A stretch of DNA of 47,684 bases from assembly GCA_016839515.1 (NCBI GenBank), contig JAEOUE010000163.1:1-47684 (forward strand). The letters are read 5' to 3'. Origin of the DNA: Candidatus Hodarchaeum mangrovi (GTDB lineage Archaea > Asgardarchaeota > Heimdallarchaeia > Hodarchaeales > Hodarchaeaceae). Within the stretch, counting starts at the first letter, position 1; the number at the start of each line of letters is the position of its first letter. The translations under genes were made by a program, and so were the position numbers. The notes beneath the pieces are model-generated. The model saw only the letters and a list, made by a program, of their open reading frames with translations. It searched no databases and was not told where the DNA came from. Shown here in pieces: positions 1-9,621 of the stretch.

Positions 1-1405
1 AAGAATCATTAGGGAGATAACTAAATCGCTTCTGAGTCATCAATAAAGTTTTTCCTTGCTTTTTTGCTTCAATAACTGGATATCCAAGCTGATAAACCCA
101 AGTTTTCATCATATCTCCAATAGGTTCCTTGGTAGCTTCCTCAATACCTTCCCAATATGCAGTACTTTCTGCACACTCAAAACTATATTTCTCTAAGAAA
201 TAATTAATTCCTTTTTTAAATTTTTCTTCACCTAAATATCCATTTATCATTTGAAGAATTGCTCCACCTTTAGAATAAATGATGGGGGCTGTAGCAGCTG
301 TTATTTTTGTTTTTTCACCTTTTCCTGGCAATTCAATAGGGAAAGTTTCAATTAATGAATCGCGCTCAAAAGCACTATCAACCTCACCTGCTAGAAATTC
401 TTCCCAAATTTCCCATTCTGGATAATAATGATCCGTGATAGCATAACCAAATAATGTGGCAAAAGATTCATTGAGCCAGATATATTTCCAATCAGCGGGA
501 CTTACAAGATTTCCAAACCACTGATGAGCTACTTCATGTGCAATTACTTCAGCTATTCGTTCTAATCCAGCTTTGGAAGTAATTCCAGGATAAACTAAGA
601 GGAGATTTTCTCTATAGGTTATAGCAGCATAATTCTCCATTGCACCAAAAGCAAAATCGCTGATAGCAATTTGATCCAATTTATCAATAGGATACTCTAT
701 TCCTGTGTATTTTTCTCCAAATTCAATACTTTTTTGTCCAAAATCGAGTGCAAAAGAAGCATATTGGGTTTTTCCTGGGGTTGTTGCAATCCGATAATGT
801 ATTCTATCAGAAAAAGATTCGATATACTCGAATTTCCCAACCCCGAAAAATAATAAATAAGTGGACATTTTTGGAGTAGTCTTGAATTTAATTAATTTCT
901 TTCCTTCCTTAAAATCCTCTTCTGATTCTATTTTGGTGTTTGATATCCCTGATAGTCCATTCTCAATGATAAATTCAATATCAAAAGTTGCCTTCTTTGA
1001 TGGATGGTCAAAACAAGGGAATGCCTGTCTTGCATGTTCTTCTTCAAACTGTGTCACAGCAACATATTTTTCCACCCCATCTTCTTCATATTTACTTCGA
1101 TAAAAGCCTACTAATTGATCATTTATTAAGCCAGTATATTCAATTTGTACATTAATATCGGTTAACGCTTCTGGGAAATTAATTATAAGTTCCTGTTTGT
1201 TTGGATCTATTTGAAATGGGCAATCAACTAATTTTCCTTGATAGTTCACTTTGCATTTCCATATTGCTAATTCAAAAGAGTTTAAAACAACAGCTATTGT
1301 TGGATCATTGGATGTTATAGTAATCTCTATTCTTCCATCAAATCTAAAAGTTTCTAAATTTGGCTCTAAACGCACTTTATAATGCTGGGGTATTAAATTC
1401 GTCAT
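1..1405 (-). CDS. M1 family zinc aminopeptidase (PepN/tricorn-interacting factor-like), runs off the left edge
   Basis: Absent from the ORF track (truncated). Manual minus-strand translation from ATG at 1405 (MTNLIPQHYKVRLEPNLETFRFDG, GGTGAT SD upstream) contains FGAMENY and EVIAHEVAHQWFGNLV...WLNESFAT (GAMEN plus HExxH(x18)E). Confidence 0.93.
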   Translation of the reverse strand, partial: MTNLIPQHYKVRLEPNLETFRFDGRIEITITSNDPTIAVVLNSFELAIWKCKVNYQGKLVDCPFQIDPNKQELIINFPEALTDINVQIEYTGLINDQLVGFYRSKYEEDGVEKYVAVTQFEEEHARQAFPCFDHPSKKATFDIEFIIENGLSGISNTKIESEEDFKEGKKLIKFKTTPKMSTYLLFFGVGKFEYIESFSDRIHYRIATTPGKTQYASFALDFGQKSIEFGEKYTGIEYPIDKLDQIAISDFAFGAMENYAAITYRENLLLVYPGITSKAGLERIAEVIAHEVAHQWFGNLVSPADWKYIWLNESFATLFGYAITDHYYPEWEIWEEFLAGEVDSAFERDSLIETFPIELPGKGEKTKITAATAPIIYSKGGAILQMINGYLGEEKFKKGINYFLEKYSFECAESTAYWEGIEEATKEPIGDMMKTWVYQLGYPVIEAKKQGKTLLMTQKRFSYLPNDS

Positions 1406-1670
1406 TATAAATCACCATATATGATAAACGAATAAAAACTCAGTATATCAAACCTCTCAAAGTGATTTTTAAATCAATCTATCTTGCCACATAATGTGAA
1501 TGGCAGCTAAACAATCTTTATGTATTTTCATGATTAAATATTTAATTTCAAAATCATTAAATTTCCATTTAGATCGTGTTTAATAGGAAGAAAAGCACAT
1601 AATCCTTATTTAGGACAAACGGATATCTGATCAGCATTAGAATTACCCTCTCATAAGAAAAAAGAAGGAT

Positions 1671-2690
1671 TTATTTCCTCTTTGTTTTAATCATATTTTG
1701 ACTCCTCATCCAGTTTATTGTTCTTTCAACTCCTTCTTCAAAAGTGACCTTTGGGTGGAAACCAATATCTCTTTTTGCTTTTAAATTTAAATAATTTCGA
1801 TTTGTTTGCAATTTATAGAGACCATTAGGAACATATGGATATCCAAATCCTTTCTTTCGATAAAATTTCACTATTAGTGGCCAGAAAGGCTTTATAAATA
1901 TTAATGGAAAATACGGTATAAAAATTGGACGCCTACGACCAATTTTGTCTGCTATTGTACAAAAAATTTGTCGATAGCTTTGGGGATTATCAGAAACCAA
2001 ATGATATATTTGTCCCTTAGTTATCTTTGGATTTTGAATTATCCGGATAAGTCCTCTAACCACATCATCGACATAAGTAAATTGAACATTATTCATAGCT
2101 TTTGTGGGAATAAATTTATTGAGAATGGTCCGATCTATTGAATCAATTATTTCTTTAAATACATAATTTTCTCCTGGACCAAAAACTCCACTGGGCCTTA
2201 CTATCGTAACTGGAAAATTGTTTTCATGATACATTTGAAGAAGGATTTTTTCTGCTTCCATTTTGCTTTTGCCATATACCTCATCAGGATGGTATTCAGA
2301 TTCCTCTGTTCCATCAATGACAACTCCTAGGGCTTCTGTACTTGAACAATATATAAAGTGGTTAGTATTTAACGAGAGACACGTCTCAGCAAGTTTCTTT
2401 GTTGCCTCAACATTCTCCTTGAATAAAGATTCCTCTGATGCTAAAAAGTTAAAATTTGCTGCTAGATGAACTACAACATCCTTGTCTTGAACAGCACGTT
2501 TAAAGGTAGTATAATCATTTAAATCAAAATTTTCTAGTTTAACTCCCAATTCCTCCAGTTTAGTGATGTAAGAAGTCTTTCTAACTGCCCCAAAAATGTT
2601 GTAATCAGGTTTTTCAGTAACTAAATGATGAATTAGGGTGGTACCAATAAATCCACTAGCTCCAGTAATGAGGATTTTCATTTGAATCAA
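1671..2690 (-). CDS. NAD-dependent epimerase/dehydratase (extended SDR, 3-beta-HSD-like)
   Basis: ILITGASGFIG Rossmann motif, HLAA, YGKSK (YxxxK), RPSGVFGPG. True start is probably the ATG at 2681. Confidence 0.9.
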   Translation of the reverse strand: MIQMKILITGASGFIGTTLIHHLVTEKPDYNIFGAVRKTSYITKLEELGVKLENFDLNDYTTFKRAVQDKDVVVHLAANFNFLASEESLFKENVEATKKLAETCLSLNTNHFIYCSSTEALGVVIDGTEESEYHPDEVYGKSKMEAEKILLQMYHENNFPVTIVRPSGVFGPGENYVFKEIIDSIDRTILNKFIPTKAMNNVQFTYVDDVVRGLIRIIQNPKITKGQIYHLVSDNPQSYRQIFCTIADKIGRRRPIFIPYFPLIFIKPFWPLIVKFYRKKGFGYPYVPNGLYKLQTNRNYLNLKAKRDIGFHPKVTFEEGVERTINWMRSQNMIKTKRK

Positions 2691-2827
2691 ACTTCGATCA
2701 GATAAATAGAAGTACGTAAAATTTTCCTACATATTTCAAAATATTAAGGTTTTAAGACATACCATTTTTATAGATAAAAATGATCTGTATTTTTAAAATA
2801 TTTCATGAAATCTAATATTTCTATAAT

Positions 2828-4012
2828 TTGAGAACAAAGGATTCATCTGAATTGAAAAAGATTGGTTTTATAGTTAATCCTATTGCTGGAATTGGAGGTA
2901 GAGTGGGATTAAAGGGAACTGATTCAATAGAAATCCAAAATGAAGCTCTAAAAAGAGGTGCTATTCCAATAGCTGCAGATCGAACACGTCGATTTCTTAG
3001 TCATTTTTCCAAATTCCCTGAAGTGAAAAATGTTGAATTTTTTATTCCTAAAGGAAAAATGGGAGAAGAAATTTTCCATTCATTTCAACAAACCAAATTT
3101 GTAATAAAATATTTCGTTTTGGATGAGATAATTATCCCTGATTTAACTACTTCAAGAGAAACGATACTATGTGTAAAAAAACTCGTCTCTCTGAATGTCG
3201 ATCTCATAATTTTTGTAGGAGGAGATGGTACTGCACGTGACCTACATCAAGCTTTAAAATCACAAACTCCAATTCTTGGTATCCCTTCGGGAGTAAAAAT
3301 GCATTCAGGAGTTTTTGCTCAAAGTCCGGAAAAAGGAGCTGAAATTTTACGTAAATTCGTTATGGATGAAGTATACTTTATGGAATCAGAAATAATAGAT
3401 TTAAATGAAGAAAAATTTCGCAAGGACTCTATTCAAACAGAATTATATGGATTAGGAATTATTCCCTATGTACCAACTCTTATGCAATCCACAAAATTAA
3501 TGACAAAGATAGAAGATACTGAGCTTGAAAATATTGAGGGAATAGTTAAAACATTGAAAAATTTAATAAAACAAGATGTTATTTATATTTTAGGGGCGGG
3601 ATCAACTATAAAACAAGTATCAAAAGCATTTGGATCTCATATCTCTACTAATAAAACAGTTTTAGGAATTGATGCTGTAATAAATGGAACCTTCCTTGGA
3701 AAAGATCTTTCAGAATATGGGTTACTTGAAATACTTAATAAAAATAAAGAGAGGGAAGTTATAATCTTATTAACACCAATTGGAGGACAGGGTTTCATCT
3801 TAGGAAGAGGAAATCAACAAATTAGTCCTAATGTCTTACAAATTGTTGGAATAAATAACATTCTAATAATAGCATCAAAAAATAAATTAAACAAGATCGA
3901 AAGAAAGACTTTGCATGTTGATACAGGGGACTTACAGCTCGATGAAGCATTAATTGGGTATGTTAAAGTCCTAGTAGACTTTGAAGAATATATGATGGTA
4001 AAAATTAGCTAA
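2828..4012 (+). CDS. ATP-NAD kinase family protein (AcoX-like)
   Basis: IGFIVNPIAGIGGRVGLKGTD, GGDGTARD, GIPSGVKMHSGVFA and GGQGFILGRGNQQIS signatures. Confidence 0.88.
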   Translation: MRTKDSSELKKIGFIVNPIAGIGGRVGLKGTDSIEIQNEALKRGAIPIAADRTRRFLSHFSKFPEVKNVEFFIPKGKMGEEIFHSFQQTKFVIKYFVLDEIIIPDLTTSRETILCVKKLVSLNVDLIIFVGGDGTARDLHQALKSQTPILGIPSGVKMHSGVFAQSPEKGAEILRKFVMDEVYFMESEIIDLNEEKFRKDSIQTELYGLGIIPYVPTLMQSTKLMTKIEDTELENIEGIVKTLKNLIKQDVIYILGAGSTIKQVSKAFGSHISTNKTVLGIDAVINGTFLGKDLSEYGLLEILNKNKEREVIILLTPIGGQGFILGRGNQQISPNVLQIVGINNILIIASKNKLNKIERKTLHVDTGDLQLDEALIGYVKVLVDFEEYMMVKIS

Positions 4013-4030
4013 TTTATTCAGAAAAAGAGA

Positions 4031-4717
4031 TTAGACCCTAATCGATTCGAGAATTTGATTTGCTTCTCCAGGTAAACTAAATTCTAATAATTGAGATAAT
4101 TCTTCCTTCATACTATTGTTTAAATTTAATACTATTCTTTCAAAGATAGTGTCCACAGTTTTTTTATTACCTTGAGTTTCAGGAAACCTAGGATTCACAC
4201 TACAACACCCTCCTGGAAGAATTGAAGCGTGATAATATCCATACTTCTTTGATAATTCCACAACTTCTTTTTTATTATATCCAATCAATGGTCTAACCAC
4301 AGGGATATCAATCTCAGCATTAACTAAAGGGAGATTACTAAGAGTTTGACTAGCCTGTTCTCCCAAGATCTCACCTGTGACTATAATATCAGCAGAAACT
4401 TTTTTAGCATAATATTCAGCTTTTCTAAACATTTGGATCCTACAGAAAAGACAAGTTTGCCTTATTTCTTTGTCATGAAGCTGATTAAGTATAATTTCTT
4501 GGGATTTACCGTGTGGTATTATGATTAGACTAATATTTTCGTCTAGATTATTTAAAGCAATTTTATTTGAGATTTCAATAACTTTTTCAAGAGTACCAAG
4601 AGAATGAAAGGGGTAATTGTGATAATGTAACAAATATGGTTGGAAACCAAGATTTATCGCTATCTGAACAGCAACAGGACTATCGATCCCACCAGATAAT
4701 AAACAAACAGCTTTCAT
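4031..4717 (-). CDS. ThiI-like PP-loop sulfurtransferase, catalytic domain only (no THUMP domain)
   Basis: LLSGGIDSPVA PP-loop, CLFCR (CxxC), TGEILGEQASQTLSNL, RPLIGYNKKE, GGCC. The protein starts directly at the PP-loop domain. Confidence 0.85.
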   Translation of the reverse strand: MKAVCLLSGGIDSPVAVQIAINLGFQPYLLHYHNYPFHSLGTLEKVIEISNKIALNNLDENISLIIIPHGKSQEIILNQLHDKEIRQTCLFCRIQMFRKAEYYAKKVSADIIVTGEILGEQASQTLSNLPLVNAEIDIPVVRPLIGYNKKEVVELSKKYGYYHASILPGGCCSVNPRFPETQGNKKTVDTIFERIVLNLNNSMKEELSQLLEFSLPGEANQILESIRV

Positions 4718-4926
4718 GACGCATTTTTCCCCTTACTGACTAATATGCCTTCATTTTTTTATTTTAGAGTCAAATTATAGTTTTTCGTTTCTGATTTTAG
4801 AAGCTACTTCTTTTCAAACCTAAGAAAATTTCCCTTAAAATTAACTTAGATTAACGTTATTTGAAAGAGTATGATTCTTAAGATAATTTACAATCTCGAA
4901 TTAAAAATTGAATATGGGTTTATTGA

Positions 4927-5232
4927 ATGGGTGCTCTAAGCTTTTCTATCAGTCCTTGTACATCTAACCCTAGGCGATGGTATGTATATTTCTCAATTAA
5001 AAGTCCTTTTAACATGGAACAAGTGAAAAAGTCTATGAGTGGGAAAAATTTTACGATCTTAGCAGATACACCTAGTGTAGTAGTATTTCGTTCCTCACTC
5101 CATCGTTTAACATGGCATCGACAAGGTATGATTCAGATTGATATTTATGCATCAAATGGAACCAAAAAAGATAATATCGAACAGCTTATTAACCACATTT
5201 TGGAAGATAATTCGATTGAAATATTTGGGTGA
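4927..5232 (+). CDS. Small hypothetical protein with N-terminal PCTS motif, possible TBP-like alpha/beta fold
   Basis: 101-aa ORF that overlaps the next gene by 4 nt (GTGA). The pattern PCTS...helix...VVVFR...LTWHRQGMIQI resembles small archaeal proteins and ThiF/MoeB C-terminal domains (by eye). Confidence 0.6.
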   Translation: MGALSFSISPCTSNPRRWYVYFSIKSPFNMEQVKKSMSGKNFTILADTPSVVVFRSSLHRLTWHRQGMIQIDIYASNGTKKDNIEQLINHILEDNSIEIFG

Positions 5233-5714
5233 TTTTTTTGGATGATGCCCGTTTAGAAATATCTACTAAAAAGTTTACTTATTATTTCCCTTTAGATAGA
5301 TACTATTACTCTAATGATCCAGGCCATATTTGGTTTAAGAAAATAGATACTTTAATTGAAATTGGATTTGATGATTTCGGGCAAAAGCAAGCAGGGCATC
5401 TTCATCATATTCGAACACGGCGGATAGATGACGAATATCAACAAGGACGAGCTTTTGGAACTGTTGAGAGTGATAAATGGATGGGGCAACTTCGATTACC
5501 CCTTTCAGGCATTCTAAAGGAAGTAAATGAAAAAGTTATTAAAAATCCATCCTTGGTGAATACAGATTGTTATTCTAATTGGATTGTTCGGATCGAACCA
5601 ACGAATTTCAAAGAGGAAATCAAATCTCCAGATATTATTAAACAAGGAGAATGTGATAAGTTAAGGGATTATATAACCTCTGATTTGCAGAAATATGATG
5701 AGCCCCCTATCTAA
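5229..5714 (+). CDS. GcvH-like lipoyl carrier, LbpA-like subtype
   Basis: HIWFK, IGFDDFGQKQAG, FGTVESDKWMG (lipoyl Lys followed by Trp), PLSGILKEVNE, NPSLVNTDCYSNWIVRIEP. Confidence 0.85.
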   Translation: MIFLDDARLEISTKKFTYYFPLDRYYYSNDPGHIWFKKIDTLIEIGFDDFGQKQAGHLHHIRTRRIDDEYQQGRAFGTVESDKWMGQLRLPLSGILKEVNEKVIKNPSLVNTDCYSNWIVRIEPTNFKEEIKSPDIIKQGECDKLRDYITSDLQKYDEPPI

Positions 5715-5851
5715 CAGTTAATGGTTTATATAATATGGGATGTCTTTCTAGTTAGGTTTAAATAGTGGAATTTTGATTAAACAAAAATGATTGATGAATA
5801 AAGAAGATATTCTGAACAATAAAAAAAAGAAAAGTAAGGGGATTATTCAAT

Positions 5852-5977
5852 TTGGATATTTGGTCACTCATAACAACATTAATAATAATTGGTGTCATTA
5901 GTCTTCTGGGGATTTTTCTTATTGTTGGGATAATAATTCTTGCATATCTAGCATTGACAGGTAACCGTTGGGATTAG
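5852..5977 (+). CDS. Small membrane protein (41 aa), below the ORF-track cutoff
   Basis: TTG at 5852 after AGGGGA gives MDIWSLITTLIIIGVISLLGIFLIVGIIILAYLALTGNRWD*, a long uninterrupted hydrophobic stretch ending 9 nt before the convergent queD stop. Confidence 0.55.
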   Translation: MDIWSLITTLIIIGVISLLGIFLIVGIIILAYLALTGNRWD

Positions 5978-5986
5978 ACTCCCATA

Positions 5987-6502
5987 CTATTTTTGAAAGA
6001 TTTTATCTGAAAATAACGCTTTATTACCATAATTTTCTTCGATAATAATTTTGAGCCATTTAAAAGTATTAGGATACATTTCATTGATTGCTTTAGAGAT
6101 TTCTAGATGAAGATATTTAGCTAGATTTTCGGAAGTGATTGCAGAAAATCCTTCTAATATTATAACATCTTTCTTTGGAAAGGAATATCTTTTTTCACCA
6201 GTTGTCACAATCCAATTAGAAATATTTAATGCAGATTCAATTAAGACTTCAGAATTAGAGCCAGCAAGTAAAATTTTTTGATCAAGAACTTTTACTTTTG
6301 ATCTTATCAGTAGATTTATTTCTGAAAAATTTACAGCAGGGACATTTTTCTTGTATTCAAGACGGACCTCCACTATATAGTTATGACCATGTAATCGTTC
6401 ACATTTTCCAAATCCTAATAAAAAATGGCTTGCACAAAAAGAATTTTGGGGGTGGGAAAAGACTAATTGAAGTGATGACATATATTTCAGCAATTTATTC
6501 AT
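5987..6502 (-). CDS. queD: 6-pyruvoyl-tetrahydropterin synthase / QueD family
   Basis: FCASHFL and CERLHGHNY Zn/catalytic motifs, ITSENLAKY. Confidence 0.85.
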   Translation of the reverse strand: MNKLLKYMSSLQLVFSHPQNSFCASHFLLGFGKCERLHGHNYIVEVRLEYKKNVPAVNFSEINLLIRSKVKVLDQKILLAGSNSEVLIESALNISNWIVTTGEKRYSFPKKDVIILEGFSAITSENLAKYLHLEISKAINEMYPNTFKWLKIIIEENYGNKALFSDKIFQK

Positions 6503-6644
6503 CTAATTTCAGTAATAAATTATTTTTCTATTATCAATTGGGTTAACTTGTGGAATACTCTATCTCCCATAATATGTTAATATCATGTTTTCTTTAATTT
6601 TTATTTGAGACTTATTCATTCATATACTGCTTGGAGATAAGAAG

Positions 6645-7169
6645 CTGGCTACAGAAGTAATTGCTAGTAAATTGATCTTGATCGGTGATGGAAAGGTTGG
6701 TAAGACTTCATTATGCTCAAACCTTCGAACAAAAAGAATTCCAGGTACTTATGAACTAACAGTTGGCTTAAATATTGAAGTTCATGAAACCCTGTTCAAT
6801 AACAGATCTATAAAACTTGTATTATGGGATTTAGCTGGTCAAGAACGATTTGGTTGTATAAGGGGTGATTTCTATTATGGGGCTTGTGTAGCAATCATTG
6901 TTTTCGACCTTCAGAATCGTGGTTCCTTTTTTGATATTAAACATTGGGTTAGAGAACTTCGATTATATGCTAAGAATACACCTATAATTCTTGTTGGTAA
7001 CAAAAACGATGTGTTTAAACGAGAAGTTACAAGAGAAGAAGGAGAACTTCTTGCTAGAGAATTAAACGCTCCTTATTTTGAAACAAGCGCTCTAAAGGGT
7101 AACAACGTGGAAGAATTATTTAAAACAGCTGCAAAGATTGCTTTACAAGGAACCGCTGTAGCATATTAA
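6645..7169 (+). CDS. Rab-like small GTPase (Ras superfamily)
   Basis: G1 GDGKVGKT, G2 T, G3 WDLAGQERF, G4 NKND, G5 ETSAL. The ORF track starts at 6672, but the frame is open to a CTG at 6645 preceded by GGAGAT. Confidence 0.93.
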   Translation: MATEVIASKLILIGDGKVGKTSLCSNLRTKRIPGTYELTVGLNIEVHETLFNNRSIKLVLWDLAGQERFGCIRGDFYYGACVAIIVFDLQNRGSFFDIKHWVRELRLYAKNTPIILVGNKNDVFKREVTREEGELLARELNAPYFETSALKGNNVEELFKTAAKIALQGTAVAY

Positions 7170-7412
7170 AATAAAATACAGCACTATATTAGAAACAAAC
7201 CTATTCAATCTGGATTGGAAAATTACTTCATAAACTCATCTTTTTTAATTTTTTCAAAGGAGAAACAATGAATTGATCCATCTTATTACTTCTCGAAACT
7301 TACTAAAGTAGTTACATATTTCCGGAATATCGATGTGTTTTTCAGCATATATACTTTTACAACCACAAAAAGCTTTGTATTGTTACATTGATTCCCCCTT
7401 AGTAAAATACAG

Positions 7413-8051
7413 GTGACACACTTAATGAAACAATTATATAAGAGGATTTTCATTTTATTCATAATTTTAGGAATGATAAACTTAGCTAATTCAGTTACAA
7501 ATGGTCAAAAAATATCGATTGATGCATCTCCTCTTATAGTTTATCAAGTTGCTGACCCTATTACTGTTTATCAGACTGAACAATTCAACTTAAGTATTTC
7601 CGTCACTAATATTTATTTTGAAGATTTTTACAATGTATCTCTTAAAATTATAGTACCATCTCAAATTGAATTTTTAAATAGTTCAAAAACTGGAACCGAA
7701 TTTAACAATGAAACCGATGAAATCCTCTATCATATTGGTAATTTATCTGTTAGTTATAATTTTCAACTTACTATTATTTATAATGTCACTTCAGATAATA
7801 TTGAAACACTTGTCCTACCAGAGGTTGAAGTAACATTTTACTTTGAAAATGGCATCTCTGGAAGCATTAAATCATCAAGCAATATAGAAATCTCTTTTAG
7901 AGGAAAGAAAATCACAACAACAACCACTAGTTTACGACCCATTCCAACAGGAACAATTGATCCTCCTCCATTCATAGAATTACTAATATTTATCATTCCA
8001 TTAGCAGCATTTACCTTTGTTGTTTTTGCTCTCAGAAAGTTGAAGCTCTAG
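7413..8051 (+). CDS. Exported single-pass membrane protein with Ig-like beta-sandwich (TRAP-beta/BatD-like)
   Basis: N-terminal signal peptide, beta-rich ectodomain with several NxS/T sequons, Thr/Pro-rich linker, C-terminal TM helix and basic tail (RKLKL). Confidence 0.7.
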   Translation: MTHLMKQLYKRIFILFIILGMINLANSVTNGQKISIDASPLIVYQVADPITVYQTEQFNLSISVTNIYFEDFYNVSLKIIVPSQIEFLNSSKTGTEFNNETDEILYHIGNLSVSYNFQLTIIYNVTSDNIETLVLPEVEVTFYFENGISGSIKSSSNIEISFRGKKITTTTTSLRPIPTGTIDPPPFIELLIFIIPLAAFTFVVFALRKLKL

Positions 8052-8175
8052 AAGAATAATAAATTTTTCAAATTGCTAAAAAACTTCTATTTTTCCATCT
8101 CCACAGTCTCTAAGTTCCTATTATTTAATCCGAACAGTTTTAAAAATAACTAGCTTCACTGGGATTTGTATCTTC

Positions 8176-9621
8176 TTGTATAAATTCATGGTGAAATTGT
8201 CTATGACATTTACTCAACGATTCATTCACCCATATCTACCTCAAACTGATGCTCAAATTAAGAGTATGCTTGATGAAATCGGTATCTCATCTATTGAAGA
8301 ATTATTTTCAGATATCCCCATAAATATTAGGTTTTCAAAAGAGCTTGATCTTCCTAACATGCATTCCGAACAAGAAACCATCAATAGAATACGAAAAATA
8401 CTTTCCAAAAATATAGAAGTATCAAAAGTCTCATCATTCCTAGGAGCAGGAATTTATTATCAAGCAATTCCAACCATAATAAATGCTATACTTAGTAGAT
8501 CAGAATTCTATACAGCATATACCCCTTACGCTCCAGAAATTTCCCAAGGTATGCTACAAGGGCTGTGGGAATATCAATCGATGATTGCTGAATTAACCCA
8601 ACTGGATTTTGTAAATTCATCGATGTATGACATGGCTACAGCATTAGGGGAAGCTGCCTTAATGTGTACAAGAACAAATGGAAAGAATGTTTTTCTTGTT
8701 CCTTCTGCAATTCAACCTGAGCGATATCAGACTCTTGAAACCTATGCTTCTGGAGCAAACATTTCTGTTATTAAATATCCATTTAATTCAAATACAGGGG
8801 CTACAGATATTTCTGCTCTAGAAGAGCTTTTAAAAATGTATAAAGGAAAAATTTCAGGTGTATATACTGAACATCCTAATTTCTTTGGCGTGATAGAGAC
8901 AAAAATTAATGAAATCAGTAAAATTGTTCATCAAAACGATGCTCTTTTTGTTGTAGGAATAGATCCAATCTCACTAGGAATTTTAAAATCCCCTGGAGAA
9001 TATGAAGCAGATATCGCAATTGGAGAAGGACAATCTTTGGGATTACCAATGAACTTTGGTGGACCTTTACTTGGGCTTTTTGCTGTGAAAAATGATATAA
9101 AATTATCAAGAACAATGCCAGGCCGAATTATTGGGTTGACTACTGAAAAAAAATCAGAGAAACGAGCATTTATTATGACTTTGCAAACCAGAGAGCAACA
9201 TATTCGTAGAGAAAAGGCAACATCAAATATTTGTACTAATAATGCTCTTTGTGCCTTAGCATCGGCAGTTTATCTTAGTACTATTGGAATGAACGGTTTA
9301 AAACAGCTTGCGAGGATAAATATATCAAAAACAAATTATTTGATTCAACAAATGAAAAAGATAAAAATTCTTAGTGTGCCTGTTTTTTCAAATCCTCACT
9401 TTCGAGAATTTGTTTTCCAACTTAATAATGAAAATTTACAAACAGATTTTGAAAATCATATGTTTAAAAACGACATTTATCTAGGATATTCACTCAAAAA
9501 GTTTTATCCAAATCTTGGAACATCTTATTTATCTTCTGCAACTGAAATGACACAATTATTTGATATTCAACATTTTATATCACAATTGAATAACTTTCAA
9601 AATATTACTAGAGGTGCCTGA
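8176..9621 (+). CDS. gcvPA: Glycine dehydrogenase (decarboxylating) subunit 1
   Basis: HPYLP, FLGAGIY, EFYTAYTPYAPEISQG, NSSMYD, LQTREQHIRREKATSNICTN. True start is possibly ATG 8203. Confidence 0.96.
   Translation: MYKFMVKLSMTFTQRFIHPYLPQTDAQIKSMLDEIGISSIEELFSDIPINIRFSKELDLPNMHSEQETINRIRKILSKNIEVSKVSSFLGAGIYYQAIPTIINAILSRSEFYTAYTPYAPEISQGMLQGLWEYQSMIAELTQLDFVNSSMYDMATALGEAALMCTRTNGKNVFLVPSAIQPERYQTLETYASGANISVIKYPFNSNTGATDISALEELLKMYKGKISGVYTEHPNFFGVIETKINEISKIVHQNDALFVVGIDPISLGILKSPGEYEADIAIGEGQSLGLPMNFGGPLLGLFAVKNDIKLSRTMPGRIIGLTTEKKSEKRAFIMTLQTREQHIRREKATSNICTNNALCALASAVYLSTIGMNGLKQLARINISKTNYLIQQMKKIKILSVPVFSNPHFREFVFQLNNENLQTDFENHMFKNDIYLGYSLKKFYPNLGTSYLSSATEMTQLFDIQHFISQLNNFQNITRGA

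Noticed and set aside
671-1103. Plus-strand ORFs 671-853 and 861-1103
   Set aside because: They are antisense shadows of the M1 aminopeptidase, which has clear motifs on the minus strand.
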